Source: Caldisericota bacterium
Lineage (GTDB): Bacteria; Caldisericota; Caldisericia; JAAYUI01
Reading direction: 5' to 3'
Length of the DNA stretch: 64,000 nt
Assembly (NCBI GenBank): GCA_029548865.1
Contig: JAKPMO010000002.1
Coordinates: 32,001-96,000, forward strand
Below the pieces are notes generated by a model. It searched no databases. It had not been told where the DNA came from and saw only the letters and a program-made list of their open reading frames with translations. Positions 1 through 9,523 of this stretch are shown here, piece by piece. The position numbers and the translations under genes are program-made. How positions within the stretch are numbered: the stretch's first letter is position 1; the number at the start of each line of letters is the position of its first letter.

Positions 1-2
1 GC

Positions 3-1361
3 AAGGCCGGCGAAGTTGGTCTTGCGATGGTCCTGATAGTTGCAATAAACATCGGTATGGGTGTCATAATGGCCTACATCGTTTTTGGGCCAAAAATAAG
101 AGCTGTAGGCACTAAGATGGGTGCCCAGACCATGCCGGAGCTCCTCGGTTTGCGTTTCAAGTCAAAATTCGTCCAGGGTGTTGCTGGCGTCGTCAATTTT
201 GTTTTCATGCCATTGTATGCCGGTGCCGTTCTGGTGAGTGTTTCGAGGCTGATGGAAACCATAATCGGCATTAATTTTGGCATTGCGTTGATCATATATA
301 CCGTGATCATAGCGATTTATGTTGTTGGCGGTGGCCTTAAGGGTATGATTTTTGCCGATGCTGTTTTGGGTATCCTAAAGTTTGTTGGCGTTGCCACAAT
401 GTTTATTATTGTGCTTTCAAAGGCTGGTGGATTCGGAGCTTTCTCTGCGATTTCCCAGGTACCGGTGCCGGAGGCGCTTGCAAAGGAAGGCATCAGAAGT
501 TTCGGAACTTTGCCTACTTTTGGTTCCCCAATCTGGTGGCAATTGATAACCACGCTATTTTTTGGCATTAGTGTTGGCCTCCTTTCACAACCCCAGCTTG
601 GTGTTCGTTTCCTTACCCTTAAAAACACCAGAGACATCAAGATAGCAGTTGGTTTTGGGGCCGTTTTTGTGCTTGTGGTCAATGGCGGAGGCATCCTGAC
701 AGGTGCCCTGTCAAACCTTGCCGCTTACAGCAATCCTGCAATCGGCAGGACCGCAATTGAAATGGTCGGGATGAATGTTGACTCCATAATTCCTTTTGCA
801 ATCAGATCGTTTCTTCCAGAATGGCTTGGATACATAATCCTGTTCACGCTGTTTTCTGCTGCCCTGTCCACTTCAACCGCCCAGATACACACAATGGCAA
901 CATCCCTTGGGTATGATTTCATGATAAAGGGATTGAAGGTCAAAGCTTCGATAGGGCTGGTAAAAGCAGCGGCACTCATTTCACTTGCGGTGGTTATTGT
1001 TGTTGGCTACCTATTGCCAAAATCAATTGTTGCAACAGCAACAGCCATGTTTTTTGGAATAGCAGCCTCTGTCTTTTTGCCGTCCATCTGTGGTGCAATA
1101 TTCTGGAAAAGATGTACTAGGGCAGCTTCTATTGCCTCGATGCTGACCGGCATCGGGACAATAGTGTTCATGTACTTTTTTGTCCATATCAAGGAATCCG
1201 CTTCAATAGGGCTTTGCAATATGTTTTTCGGAAAGCCCAGCCTTTTTGAAGGGCACTGGCTCAGCATGTGCGACCCGACGTGTATTGCTGTTCCGCTGTC
1301 TTTCCTGGCGCTGTTTGTGGTTGGATTCCTGACAAAGGTGACGAATGAAGAAAGCATTTAG
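3..1361 (+). CDS. Sodium:solute symporter (SSS) family protein, 5'-truncated by window edge
   Basis: Frame open from base 3; many TM helices; SSS-like motifs TMPELLGLRF, YVVGGGLKG, SQPQLGVRF, FSAALST. Confidence 0.9.
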   Translation, partial: KAGEVGLAMVLIVAINIGMGVIMAYIVFGPKIRAVGTKMGAQTMPELLGLRFKSKFVQGVAGVVNFVFMPLYAGAVLVSVSRLMETIIGINFGIALIIYTVIIAIYVVGGGLKGMIFADAVLGILKFVGVATMFIIVLSKAGGFGAFSAISQVPVPEALAKEGIRSFGTLPTFGSPIWWQLITTLFFGISVGLLSQPQLGVRFLTLKNTRDIKIAVGFGAVFVLVVNGGGILTGALSNLAAYSNPAIGRTAIEMVGMNVDSIIPFAIRSFLPEWLGYIILFTLFSAALSTSTAQIHTMATSLGYDFMIKGLKVKASIGLVKAAALISLAVVIVVGYLLPKSIVATATAMFFGIAASVFLPSICGAIFWKRCTRAASIASMLTGIGTIVFMYFFVHIKESASIGLCNMFFGKPSLFEGHWLSMCDPTCIAVPLSFLALFVVGFLTKVTNEESI

Positions 1362-1803
1362 CATTATTTTGTTGTGCCTGGCTCTGGCCTCATGCTCTTC
1401 ACCTACTTCATCTGCCATCAGGGCCTATACCGATTACCGCGAGGCTCTCAAGTCCGGGGAAATTGGAAACATACTTGCTTTCTGGCACCCGGAAATGCTC
1501 ACAAGAAATGGTGACTCAATCAAGCTGGACATTGAGAAAAAGCTCGACACGTATGGCATACTCCTTGGTTACGAAAAGATGGAAGTGCTCTCAACGAAAA
1601 AGCTTGAAAACTGGATATTCGACGGGATTGTATTCAAAGACGTCATCCAGCTTGATATTTCTATAAGATTCCCGAAAATGGATGCCCTTCCACCAAAGCA
1701 GAGTTCCCTTGTGGCCGATGGGCCTGTGATCACCAGAGAGCTTGTTTATATGGTCGACGTTGGCGGTTCAATGAGGATTCTGGCATGCGAAACAAAATCC
1801 TGA
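1345..1803 (+). CDS. Hypothetical lipoprotein (possibly NTF2-like module)
   Basis: Lipobox LASC after MKK+hydrophobic stretch; overlaps upstream stop (operon-like). Confidence 0.75.
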   Translation: MKKAFSIILLCLALASCSSPTSSAIRAYTDYREALKSGEIGNILAFWHPEMLTRNGDSIKLDIEKKLDTYGILLGYEKMEVLSTKKLENWIFDGIVFKDVIQLDISIRFPKMDALPPKQSSLVADGPVITRELVYMVDVGGSMRILACETKS

Positions 1804-2681
1804 CAGTATTAATCTTTTCATTGTTTCTTGCCTCATGCGGACGGTCACCGGTTTTTGAGGGTGATTTTAAGGGTGGGCAGGGTGAAGCTTGCCATGCCGT
1901 CCAGATATACATCACAGCTGTCGCAAATGGCAACTCGTCAAAGACCTTTGAGTTTGAAAGTCCTTACCTCTGGCCTGGCATGGATGAGAAGCTATATAGG
2001 GTGATGAGGGCAAAAAATCCTGATTTTGCGTCTCTTGTTGGCAAATCAAGCTTTAAGTTCACACAGTGTAGTGTCCAGGAGGGTTGGGGCCTTTATGGAA
2101 AGACATACGACTTGGCCTATATTATTGCGGTTGAAGCAACATGGAGCAGCGAGCTGACGCAGGACGAGAAAAGGATTGCCGATGTTATTGGCAAAGGCCC
2201 TTTCCTGACGGTTGCCACAAAAATGGATGGCCAGTGGAAGCTCATGCCTTTCTTTGGGCCGGAACTTTTTGAGATCAAAGAGGCTGAGAAAGCCTACATT
2301 GCATACCTTGATGCCATAAAAAGCGGGCAGTTTTCCAAAACCTATGATTTTACCCCAACTGACCTTTTGTCTGGTGCAAGCAGGGAACAGGTCGAGCGAG
2401 AATGGAAAAACAACAATGGCAAGGGTATTGCCGAGTTTTTAAAGAAGCTTGACCTCAAGCCGACTGCTGGAAGGATTGAATTCGGCGTCAATCATAATGG
2501 AAGGACTTATCCTTACGGGGTTACCTTCAATCTATTCATGAACATCGACCAGATGTCATACCAGGGGAATGATACCCTGATAAAAATGATTGCCGATGAT
2601 TGGACAACCGGAAAAAACACCACAGTCACAATGATTTATGAAGATGGCTGGAAGGTTGTTGCCGAGAACCCGCTTTTCTGA
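1785..2681 (+). CDS. Hypothetical lipoprotein with two internally similar modules
   Basis: Lipobox LASC; GAGG RBS; repeated A..Y..A...G..SKT..F ... DG.WK pattern. Confidence 0.8.
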   Translation: MRNKILTVLIFSLFLASCGRSPVFEGDFKGGQGEACHAVQIYITAVANGNSSKTFEFESPYLWPGMDEKLYRVMRAKNPDFASLVGKSSFKFTQCSVQEGWGLYGKTYDLAYIIAVEATWSSELTQDEKRIADVIGKGPFLTVATKMDGQWKLMPFFGPELFEIKEAEKAYIAYLDAIKSGQFSKTYDFTPTDLLSGASREQVEREWKNNNGKGIAEFLKKLDLKPTAGRIEFGVNHNGRTYPYGVTFNLFMNIDQMSYQGNDTLIKMIADDWTTGKNTTVTMIYEDGWKVVAENPLF

Positions 2682-3084
2682 CAATTTCCAGACACTTTTT
2701 CGCCAGCACCACAACATCTTTTGGTGCACCCATCGATTCAGCCTCCTCAATTGTGACCCAGGAGAATGGCTCCAGAATGGTTTTTGTATCTGATTCTGCT
2801 GCGTATATCATGTCAGTGTGGCAATGCTCGCTGTCTATATTTTCGACAAGAATTGCGACAGGAAGCGGAACAGTCTCTATTCCGTAATCTGGCGGTAAAT
2901 CAAAAAGGAGCCTGGGTTTGACTCCAAGCTCCTCTATTACTTCCCTTATCGCCGCCTCATGCGGCAGTTCATTTTGTTCTACATGACCCCCTGGTGGAAG
3001 CCATTTCTTGACCTTCTCGTGAAAATGTATTGCAAACCTCTCTCCGTTGAAAACGAAGGTGGTTGCAGCCAGTTCATATCTCAT
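2626..3084 (-). CDS. NUDIX hydrolase
   Basis: Nudix box GGHVEQNELPHEAAIREVIEELGV. Confidence 0.92.
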   Translation of the reverse strand: MRYELAATTFVFNGERFAIHFHEKVKKWLPPGGHVEQNELPHEAAIREVIEELGVKPRLLFDLPPDYGIETVPLPVAILVENIDSEHCHTDMIYAAESDTKTILEPFSWVTIEEAESMGAPKDVVVLAKKCLEIVRKAGSRQQPSSHLHKSL

Positions 3085-4310
3085 GAACCTGCCATTCGAA
3101 GCGGTGGTGCCCTGACTGCGGATATAAGTGGTGGAATAGACGCAAGAACACCCAGAGCAACGGCTATGCCAATCGAAAGAAGGAGCAGGTCTGGAGGGAG
3201 AGATACCAGGTTTGTGTTTGGCGCATTTGGTATCAAAATCCTGAGCAGGTCACTTAGCGGGTTTTGCAAGACAAGCGTGAGCACAATACCTATTATGCCA
3301 CCTATCAATGTTAGCAAGACCACCTCGAGACCAACCGATGTTCCCACCTGCATTGGTGTTGCCCCGATGGTTCTCATCATGCCGATCTCTTTTGATCTTT
3401 CGATGACGCCCATCAGCGCAGTGCCGGCAACAACGATGGCGCAGGCAATTATTGCAACTATGACAACAGAAAGCATGATCGATCTGGCCGAATCAATGAG
3501 ACCAGATACCGTGTTTGCAACCTGATTGATTGTCACTGGCTGTGCATCATTGATGCCTTCAACAGCAACGGCCACGAACTCTTTTGAGCCTGCCTGATCA
3601 TCAAGTTCTATCGCAATGGCAGTGTACCCGTTCAGGTCAATAATTTTTCTTGCCTCGTCGTCGTTGGTAATGAAGAAGTTGTCTTCGGAAGCGCCAGTCT
3701 GGTCAAGAAGGCCAACAACGGTCAGCTCCCTTGGGTCAGTCTTGTAGGTTATGACTTGCTGGCCAATCGGCGGATAGGTGCCCAGTTCTTCCTGCTGTTT
3801 TTTATCCTGGGCAATCCCTACCACAGTGTACTTCTTCCCGATTTCTGCGCCGAGTTTTTTTGCAATGGTGGAACCGAGAACGAGTTCACCTTCCGCGGTT
3901 GGGAATTTTCCTTGTACCTTCCAGTTTGGTCTGAGTTTCTCAAAACCTGGAGAAATACCATAGATAATGTGCTGGACGCTATCAAGTTCGAGGGTCCCCA
4001 TCACAATACCCTGCGCACTTTTTACATGCTGGATTGCTTTTATCTTGTCAATTGCCTCAAGCGGGAGCTTGTTTGGGATGACTCCACCATGCAAAAGGAG
4101 TGTTGTTGAGGAATAGGGGCATCCTTTTGGCACGGCAAGCATCTGCACTCCAAAGTTGTTCAGCTCATCCTTCATGGCCTTGTTATAGCCAAAGTAGAAA
4201 CCCAAAAGGGACAAGAGGAGCGTTATGGAGATAGTGACTGTGGCAATTGCCAGCACTGTGCGCAAGGGTTTTTTTGCCAGATTGCGCAAGGCGAGCTTGA
4301 ATGTCGACAT
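3081..4310 (-). CDS. ABC transporter permease, MacB/FtsX type
   Basis: LALRNL..KPLRT N-terminus, large extracytoplasmic loop, ERSKEIGMMRTIGA motif, 3 C-terminal TMs. Confidence 0.92.
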   Translation of the reverse strand: MSTFKLALRNLAKKPLRTVLAIATVTISITLLLSLLGFYFGYNKAMKDELNNFGVQMLAVPKGCPYSSTTLLLHGGVIPNKLPLEAIDKIKAIQHVKSAQGIVMGTLELDSVQHIIYGISPGFEKLRPNWKVQGKFPTAEGELVLGSTIAKKLGAEIGKKYTVVGIAQDKKQQEELGTYPPIGQQVITYKTDPRELTVVGLLDQTGASEDNFFITNDDEARKIIDLNGYTAIAIELDDQAGSKEFVAVAVEGINDAQPVTINQVANTVSGLIDSARSIMLSVVIVAIIACAIVVAGTALMGVIERSKEIGMMRTIGATPMQVGTSVGLEVVLLTLIGGIIGIVLTLVLQNPLSDLLRILIPNAPNTNLVSLPPDLLLLSIGIAVALGVLASIPPLISAVRAPPLRMAGS

Positions 4311-4714
4311 CAGTCGATAAGCTCCACCCTGTGGCCCTCAAGCATTTCTCCTGTATTTGAGGCCGTTACTTTCCCATAGACTTTAACATGGAGACCCTTT
4401 ATGGATTCTGGCACAGTAAAACTATCTTTGGTCCTGGAGACGTAGAGCCTGACCTTGTCGCCCAGTTTGTCTGAGATGAAGAACCAGCAACCTGCGGGGC
4501 AGACTTCGTCCACGTAGACATCCATAACAACCTGTTTGTCCATGAGCTCTGGATCTGCGAATACCTGCTCAACGGTTGCCGGCTGGTATTCCTCAGGTTT
4601 CTCAATTGGCGGGCCAAATGTTTTTTCCTGGGGACCCGATGACCCACAGGATGCGAGTATGGCAATAGCGCCAAAAAGTACCACAAGTGCGACAACAAAG
4701 CTAATTTTTTTCAT
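4310..4714 (-). CDS. Lipoprotein, putative OB-fold with CPAGCW motif (DUF4920-like)
   Basis: Lipobox LASC; EVCPAGCWFFI; G..VKVYG strand pattern. Confidence 0.7.
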   Translation of the reverse strand: MKKISFVVALVVLFGAIAILASCGSSGPQEKTFGPPIEKPEEYQPATVEQVFADPELMDKQVVMDVYVDEVCPAGCWFFISDKLGDKVRLYVSRTKDSFTVPESIKGLHVKVYGKVTASNTGEMLEGHRVELID

Positions 4715-5378
4715 CTCTTGTTATTCTCCCGTCCATGAGTTCTACCACCCTGTCACAGTCTTTTGCAAGTTTCTGGCTGTGGGTGGCGATAATAATTGTT
4801 TTTCCTTGTCCAGCAAGTTTTTTGAAGAGCCCAAATACGGCTTCTGCGTTTGCCGTGTCAAGGTTTCCTGTTGGTTCATCAGCGATAAGGATTGGTGGGT
4901 CAAGCGCCAGCGCCCTGGCGATGGCAACCCTTTGCATTTCACCACCAGACATCTGGCCTGGTCTATGGTCATATCTTTGTGATACTCCAACCATTTCGAG
5001 GAGTTCCATGATATGGTCTTTTCCGAGTTTTTTGCCTGCGAAAAGTCCGGGAAGTGCGACGTTTTCATATGCTGTCAATGTGGGAATCAGGAAGAATCTC
5101 TGGAAAACAAAACCCATGAGTTCCCTGCGCAAAACTGTTCTTTGGGCCTCAGAGAAGTCCTTAATGTTCCTTCCTTCAAGGGCCAACGATCCAGAATCAA
5201 TGTTCTCGAGCATTCCGATGCAGGAGAGCAGGGTTGTTTTTCCAGAACCCGATCTACCCATTATTGAGAGCATCTCCCCCTTGCCAACATTTAGAGAGAT
5301 ATCCTGAATGGCATGGATGGTTTCCGTGCCTCTTTTGAAAGATTTTGAAATTCCCTTTGCCATTATTGTGTCACTCAT
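4701..5378 (-). CDS. ABC transporter ATP-binding protein (LolD/MacB-like)
   Basis: Walker A GRSGSGKTT, MSGGEMQRVAIAR, ADEPTGNLD; start moved to ATG 5378 overlapping upstream stop. Confidence 0.95.
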   Translation of the reverse strand: MSDTIMAKGISKSFKRGTETIHAIQDISLNVGKGEMLSIMGRSGSGKTTLLSCIGMLENIDSGSLALEGRNIKDFSEAQRTVLRRELMGFVFQRFFLIPTLTAYENVALPGLFAGKKLGKDHIMELLEMVGVSQRYDHRPGQMSGGEMQRVAIARALALDPPILIADEPTGNLDTANAEAVFGLFKKLAGQGKTIIIATHSQKLAKDCDRVVELMDGRITRDEKN

Positions 5379-6519
5379 CGGAAGCTGCCTCCGTCGGTTT
5401 TGTGCTGGCGGCGTTTTTGGCTGGGCCATAAGCAGCCAGTATTGATATAATGATGACTATGGCCAGTGTTATTATGGCCGAAGTCCAGCCTATTGAAATG
5501 ATGCTCCCACTTGGCGATTGTGGAAGACTTTTTTTGATCAGTTCACTGGCACTGGATGAGAGGGCAAAACCAAGTGCAACGCCAAGTATGGCACCAAAAA
5601 AACCAAGAATGGCAGACTCTAGTGTTGATTCAAAGAGCACCTGTCCACTTGTTGCACCCATGGCCCTCATCATTCCAATCTCACCTTTTCTTTCGGCCAC
5701 AGATGAGGCCTGGGTTGTAAGAATGCCGACACCTGCTATGAGGATTATGATAATAAGCACTGAAAGAATGGCTATCCTTGCACCCGAGACAAAATCACTG
5801 ATTGTTGCCTGGAAGTCACCAATCGTGATAACTTGAAGATCTGGTATGGCCATCAACCTTTTCGCCACGGTTTCGGATTGTGCCGGATCATCTACCTGTA
5901 TGAGGATTGAAGAGAGCATACCCTCTGCCTTGAGAAGATTTTGCGCCGATTTCAGGTTCATGAAAACAAGATCTTCGTCTTCTGTTGCACCTTTATCGGC
6001 TATGGCTGCAATTTTGTAGGTTTTCCCGGCTATGTCAAAATCATCGCCAACTTTTGCTGAAAGCACCTGCGAGATTTTGTATCCAAGGGCAACTTCATTC
6101 TCAGCAAATGGTTTTTTGAACCCAAGTTTTGGTCTCATCAGATGATAATTTTCGTCAGCGCCAACAATCACATGGACTTTTTTGTATGGCCCTACCGGGC
6201 GTTGACCCATGATTGTTGCTGAAATGGTTTTAACACCCTCTGCCTTTTTAATTGGTGCCATCTGATTTTCTGCAACAGCATACCGTAGGTTGCCACCACT
6301 TAAAATGACTCCTGTGGCTTCGTAGGGGCACCCCTTTGGGATTGCCAGTATGTTTGCGCCCAGACTATTGATGTTTGAGAGAAGGGCCGAATCGTAGCCC
6401 TGGGAGAGACCAAGAGATAAAATGAGAACTAGTGATGCAATTGCAATTGTCAGACAGGAGGCGATAAAACCTGCTGGTCTGCGAAGGAGACCTTTAAATG
6501 CGAGTTTTATAAAACTCAC
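5371..6519 (-). CDS. ABC transporter permease, MacB/FtsX type
   Basis: ERKGEIGMMRAMGA motif; paralog of 3081..4310 sharing LA(I/V)PKGCPY. Confidence 0.92.
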   Translation of the reverse strand: MSFIKLAFKGLLRRPAGFIASCLTIAIASLVLILSLGLSQGYDSALLSNINSLGANILAIPKGCPYEATGVILSGGNLRYAVAENQMAPIKKAEGVKTISATIMGQRPVGPYKKVHVIVGADENYHLMRPKLGFKKPFAENEVALGYKISQVLSAKVGDDFDIAGKTYKIAAIADKGATEDEDLVFMNLKSAQNLLKAEGMLSSILIQVDDPAQSETVAKRLMAIPDLQVITIGDFQATISDFVSGARIAILSVLIIIILIAGVGILTTQASSVAERKGEIGMMRAMGATSGQVLFESTLESAILGFFGAILGVALGFALSSSASELIKKSLPQSPSGSIISIGWTSAIITLAIVIIISILAAYGPAKNAASTKPTEAASDE

Positions 6520-7058
6520 TTAGCCCCCTCCATTTCGTCAACGATTTCCAGAAGTTTGTCTATATCGATACCCCCTTTCTTTCTGCCGGTTATTTTACCA
6601 TTTTGGTCAACCAGCATGAAGTCCGGTATTGTTGATACACTATATTCCCTTGCCACTGCAGATGTTGGGTCAAGAACCACTGGAACTGTGAGACCCAACG
6701 AACCCAGTATTCCAACAACGGAATTCAGTGTATCAGCTGGATTGATGCATACAGTCAGGATTGGCACCTTATATTCGTCACTAACAGTTTGTATTGTCTG
6801 GATTTCATCGATGCATGAGGAGCATCCGTATTTCCAGAAAACGAGGATAGTTTGCTTTTCTCCAGGGCCAAAAGTTTTTTTGGCACCCCCGACATCGGTC
6901 CAGGTGAATGCAGTGGCGTCACCAAACTTTTCTCCAATTTCCGAAACAACAGGCATTCCAACGGATTCCGGATTTACTGCCGGCAAGGAAGAGGAGCCGC
7001 AAGAAGCAAGAATTATTGCGGTTAGCATCAAGATCGTGATTTTGTGAAAATTTCTCAC
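6516..7058 (-). CDS. TlpA/ResA-like thioredoxin-fold lipoprotein
   Basis: Lipobox LASC; FWKYGCSSCIDE (CxxC); YSVSTIP cis-Pro loop; LVDQNG. Confidence 0.88.
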   Translation of the reverse strand: MRNFHKITILMLTAIILASCGSSSLPAVNPESVGMPVVSEIGEKFGDATAFTWTDVGGAKKTFGPGEKQTILVFWKYGCSSCIDEIQTIQTVSDEYKVPILTVCINPADTLNSVVGILGSLGLTVPVVLDPTSAVAREYSVSTIPDFMLVDQNGKITGRKKGGIDIDKLLEIVDEMEGAK

Positions 7059-7189
7059 TTGTCACCCGCTTTCCTTTGTTTTCAAACTCTTATAGTAAAG
7101 TTTACTGTTAATATGTCGAGTAGTTAATTACAAATTTTTCGCAATAACAAGATATATAATAGAAAAAATTGGGAAAGAAAGCTAAATTT

Positions 7190-8473
7190 TCAATCTGCCG
7201 ATTTCTTGAGTGGGACATACGGTTGTTTCGATAGCTGTGCGACTTCCTTCATGGCCATTTCGGTAAGCTCTTCGTAGTACTCTTTTGACGATTTGCATGC
7301 CTTGTCAATGACTATGGGTTTGCCAACATTTACGATCACTTTTCCTCGTTTGAAACACTTTGAACCATAAGGCATTACCTTGTATGCACCTATAACGCCT
7401 ATAGGCAGTATCTTTGCTTCGAATTTGTATGCGAACTGGACTGCGCCGGTCTGGTAGTTTCCCTGGAGTTTGCCATCCTTGGAACGAGTTCCCTCTGGAT
7501 AAATGCAGAAAAGCCCACCATTTGACAGTGTATCGCTTACCGCCCTCACCGTATCTTTTGAGGTCTGACCCCTCCGGACCGGAACGACCCCATAAGCTCT
7601 GAGACATGTTCTGAGAACTGGTACCCTCAGTATCTCTTCTTTGGCCAGATAAACGCCCATCCTCGTCAGTGACAGCCCAACAAAAAGTACGTCCAGCGCT
7701 GATGTGTGATTGGCAATGGCTACAATCGGGCCTTTCTGTGGGATGTTGCCCCTTCCGTGTATCTCTATGTTAAAAAGTTTGCGTGAAAGGAACCATATGA
7801 CGGAGTATGAGAACCTCCACCATCTTGTTATCCTGGTTTTTTTAATGTTTTGCCTTGCTTGCTTGACGATGAGATTCGTCACCTGGGTGATGTTCATTTT
7901 TGTGCTGTCAACGATTATGGCATCACTGGCAGGGACGAGTGGTGCTATATCCCTTTCGGAGTCTCTTTTGTCCCTTTTTTTTAGTGCTTCGAGAATTTCT
8001 TCGTAAGTTGACTTGCCTGGGTTCTCGGCGTGCCTTCGTCTTGCCCTCTCTTCAATTGATGCGTCAAGATAAACCTTGAGGGTTGCGTCGGGGAGCACCA
8101 CCGTGCCAATGTCTCTTCCTGTGACTATTATCGGATATTCCGTGACAAGCTCCCTTACCATTGTGTTGACCCATTCGCGAAGCCTTGGGTCAAGCGACAT
8201 CTTTGAGGCCAGTTCTCCTATTTCAACCGAGCCAAGTTTGTCAGTGGCGTCCTCTCCATTTACAATGAACCTGTCGTCCTCAAGCTTAAGATTTATTTCA
8301 GGGAGTATGTCGGGGAGCCCCTTGCCAAGTTTTGTGGATGCGTATGCGGCAATCCTGTAGAGCCTTCCAGAGTCAAGAAATTTGATGCCCAGTTTTTTTG
8401 CAACCAGTGCACCAACAGTTGTTTTTCCGGAAGCGGCCGGCCCGTCGATTGCAATTACCGGGTGTTGTATCAT
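7190..8473 (-). CDS. cmk: Fused cytidylate kinase / 1-acyl-glycerol-3-phosphate acyltransferase (Cmk-PlsC)
   Basis: IAIDGPAASGKTT, GRDIGTVVLPDA (Cmk); NHTSALD, YPEGTRS (PlsC) in one frame. Confidence 0.93.
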   Translation of the reverse strand: MIQHPVIAIDGPAASGKTTVGALVAKKLGIKFLDSGRLYRIAAYASTKLGKGLPDILPEINLKLEDDRFIVNGEDATDKLGSVEIGELASKMSLDPRLREWVNTMVRELVTEYPIIVTGRDIGTVVLPDATLKVYLDASIEERARRRHAENPGKSTYEEILEALKKRDKRDSERDIAPLVPASDAIIVDSTKMNITQVTNLIVKQARQNIKKTRITRWWRFSYSVIWFLSRKLFNIEIHGRGNIPQKGPIVAIANHTSALDVLFVGLSLTRMGVYLAKEEILRVPVLRTCLRAYGVVPVRRGQTSKDTVRAVSDTLSNGGLFCIYPEGTRSKDGKLQGNYQTGAVQFAYKFEAKILPIGVIGAYKVMPYGSKCFKRGKVIVNVGKPIVIDKACKSSKEYYEELTEMAMKEVAQLSKQPYVPLKKSAD

Positions 8474-9405
8474 CTAGATACTATTGTGCCGGCATCGCCT
8501 TTTAATGCAAGTGTTATATGGGCGGGGTCAGTGATGACTGCCTGCTGGCCGCCGTTCTCCAGGAAGTGTATTGAGGCCTCAATTTTTGGTCCCATAGAGC
8601 CCTTTGCGAAATGGCCCTCCTCGGAGTATTTTTTTGCTTCTTCAAGTGTCAGCCTGTCAAGTTGGACCTGGTTTGGTTTGCCGTAATTAAGGCACACTTT
8701 CGGGACAGCTGTTGAAACTAGCAGTTTTGATGCTTTTACTTCAAGGGCAAGCACAGCAGAGGCCCTGTCTTTATCGATTACTGCCTCGATCCCGGACAGT
8801 CCTTCTGGCCCTTTTACTACCGGTATCCCACCGCCTCCACATGCTATGACAACAACTCCTGAATCAACGAGGTCTTTGATGGTGTCTTTTTCAACGATTG
8901 ATTGCGGCCATGGCGATGCAACAACTCTTCTCCAGCCCCTTCCGGAGTCCTCGACAACATTCCATCCAAGTGTCAAAGCCCTTTCTTTGGCCGTTTTTTC
9001 GTCCATGAAGCTGCCTATTGGCTTTGTGGGGTTTTTGAAGCCCTTGTCCGACGAGGAAACTTCAACCTGGGTGACCACGGTTATGACGTTTTTCTTGATC
9101 CCTCTTTTGGACAGTTCTTCAGTGAGGGCCTGCTGGAGCTGGTATCCTATACCGCCCTGTGTTTCTGCGACGGCATAGTCCAACGTGGTCTCCGGGACTT
9201 CGTGTGAGGCAAGCTCGGACCTTCTCATAACCTGACCAACCTGCGGGCCGTTCCCGTGCGAGACTATGATACCGTATCCGGCACTGACCGCTGCTGCTAT
9301 ATGAAACGCTGTTTCCCATACTGCCGCCCTCTGGTTTTGGACGGTCTGGGTCATGCCCGGCAACAGCAAAGAGTTTCCACCAACTGCAATGACTATTCTT
9401 TCCAT
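8470..9405 (-). CDS. arcC: Carbamate kinase
   Basis: IVIAVGGN, SHGNGPQVG, PTKPIG, RRVVASP, AVIDKD, GSMGPK; true start taken as MERIVI (9405). Confidence 0.95.
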   Translation of the reverse strand: MERIVIAVGGNSLLLPGMTQTVQNQRAAVWETAFHIAAAVSAGYGIIVSHGNGPQVGQVMRRSELASHEVPETTLDYAVAETQGGIGYQLQQALTEELSKRGIKKNVITVVTQVEVSSSDKGFKNPTKPIGSFMDEKTAKERALTLGWNVVEDSGRGWRRVVASPWPQSIVEKDTIKDLVDSGVVVIACGGGGIPVVKGPEGLSGIEAVIDKDRASAVLALEVKASKLLVSTAVPKVCLNYGKPNQVQLDRLTLEEAKKYSEEGHFAKGSMGPKIEASIHFLENGGQQAVITDPAHITLALKGDAGTIVSR

Positions 9406-9523
9406 AATTGACAGAAAGAATATCATACCGTGAATTGTTAAGTTCTCAAGGTGAGAAGTAAATACACATTTCTTGAATAAAGCGGACCCGAGGTTAAAAT
9501 ATCGTTCGAAAGGAAGGCAATTG

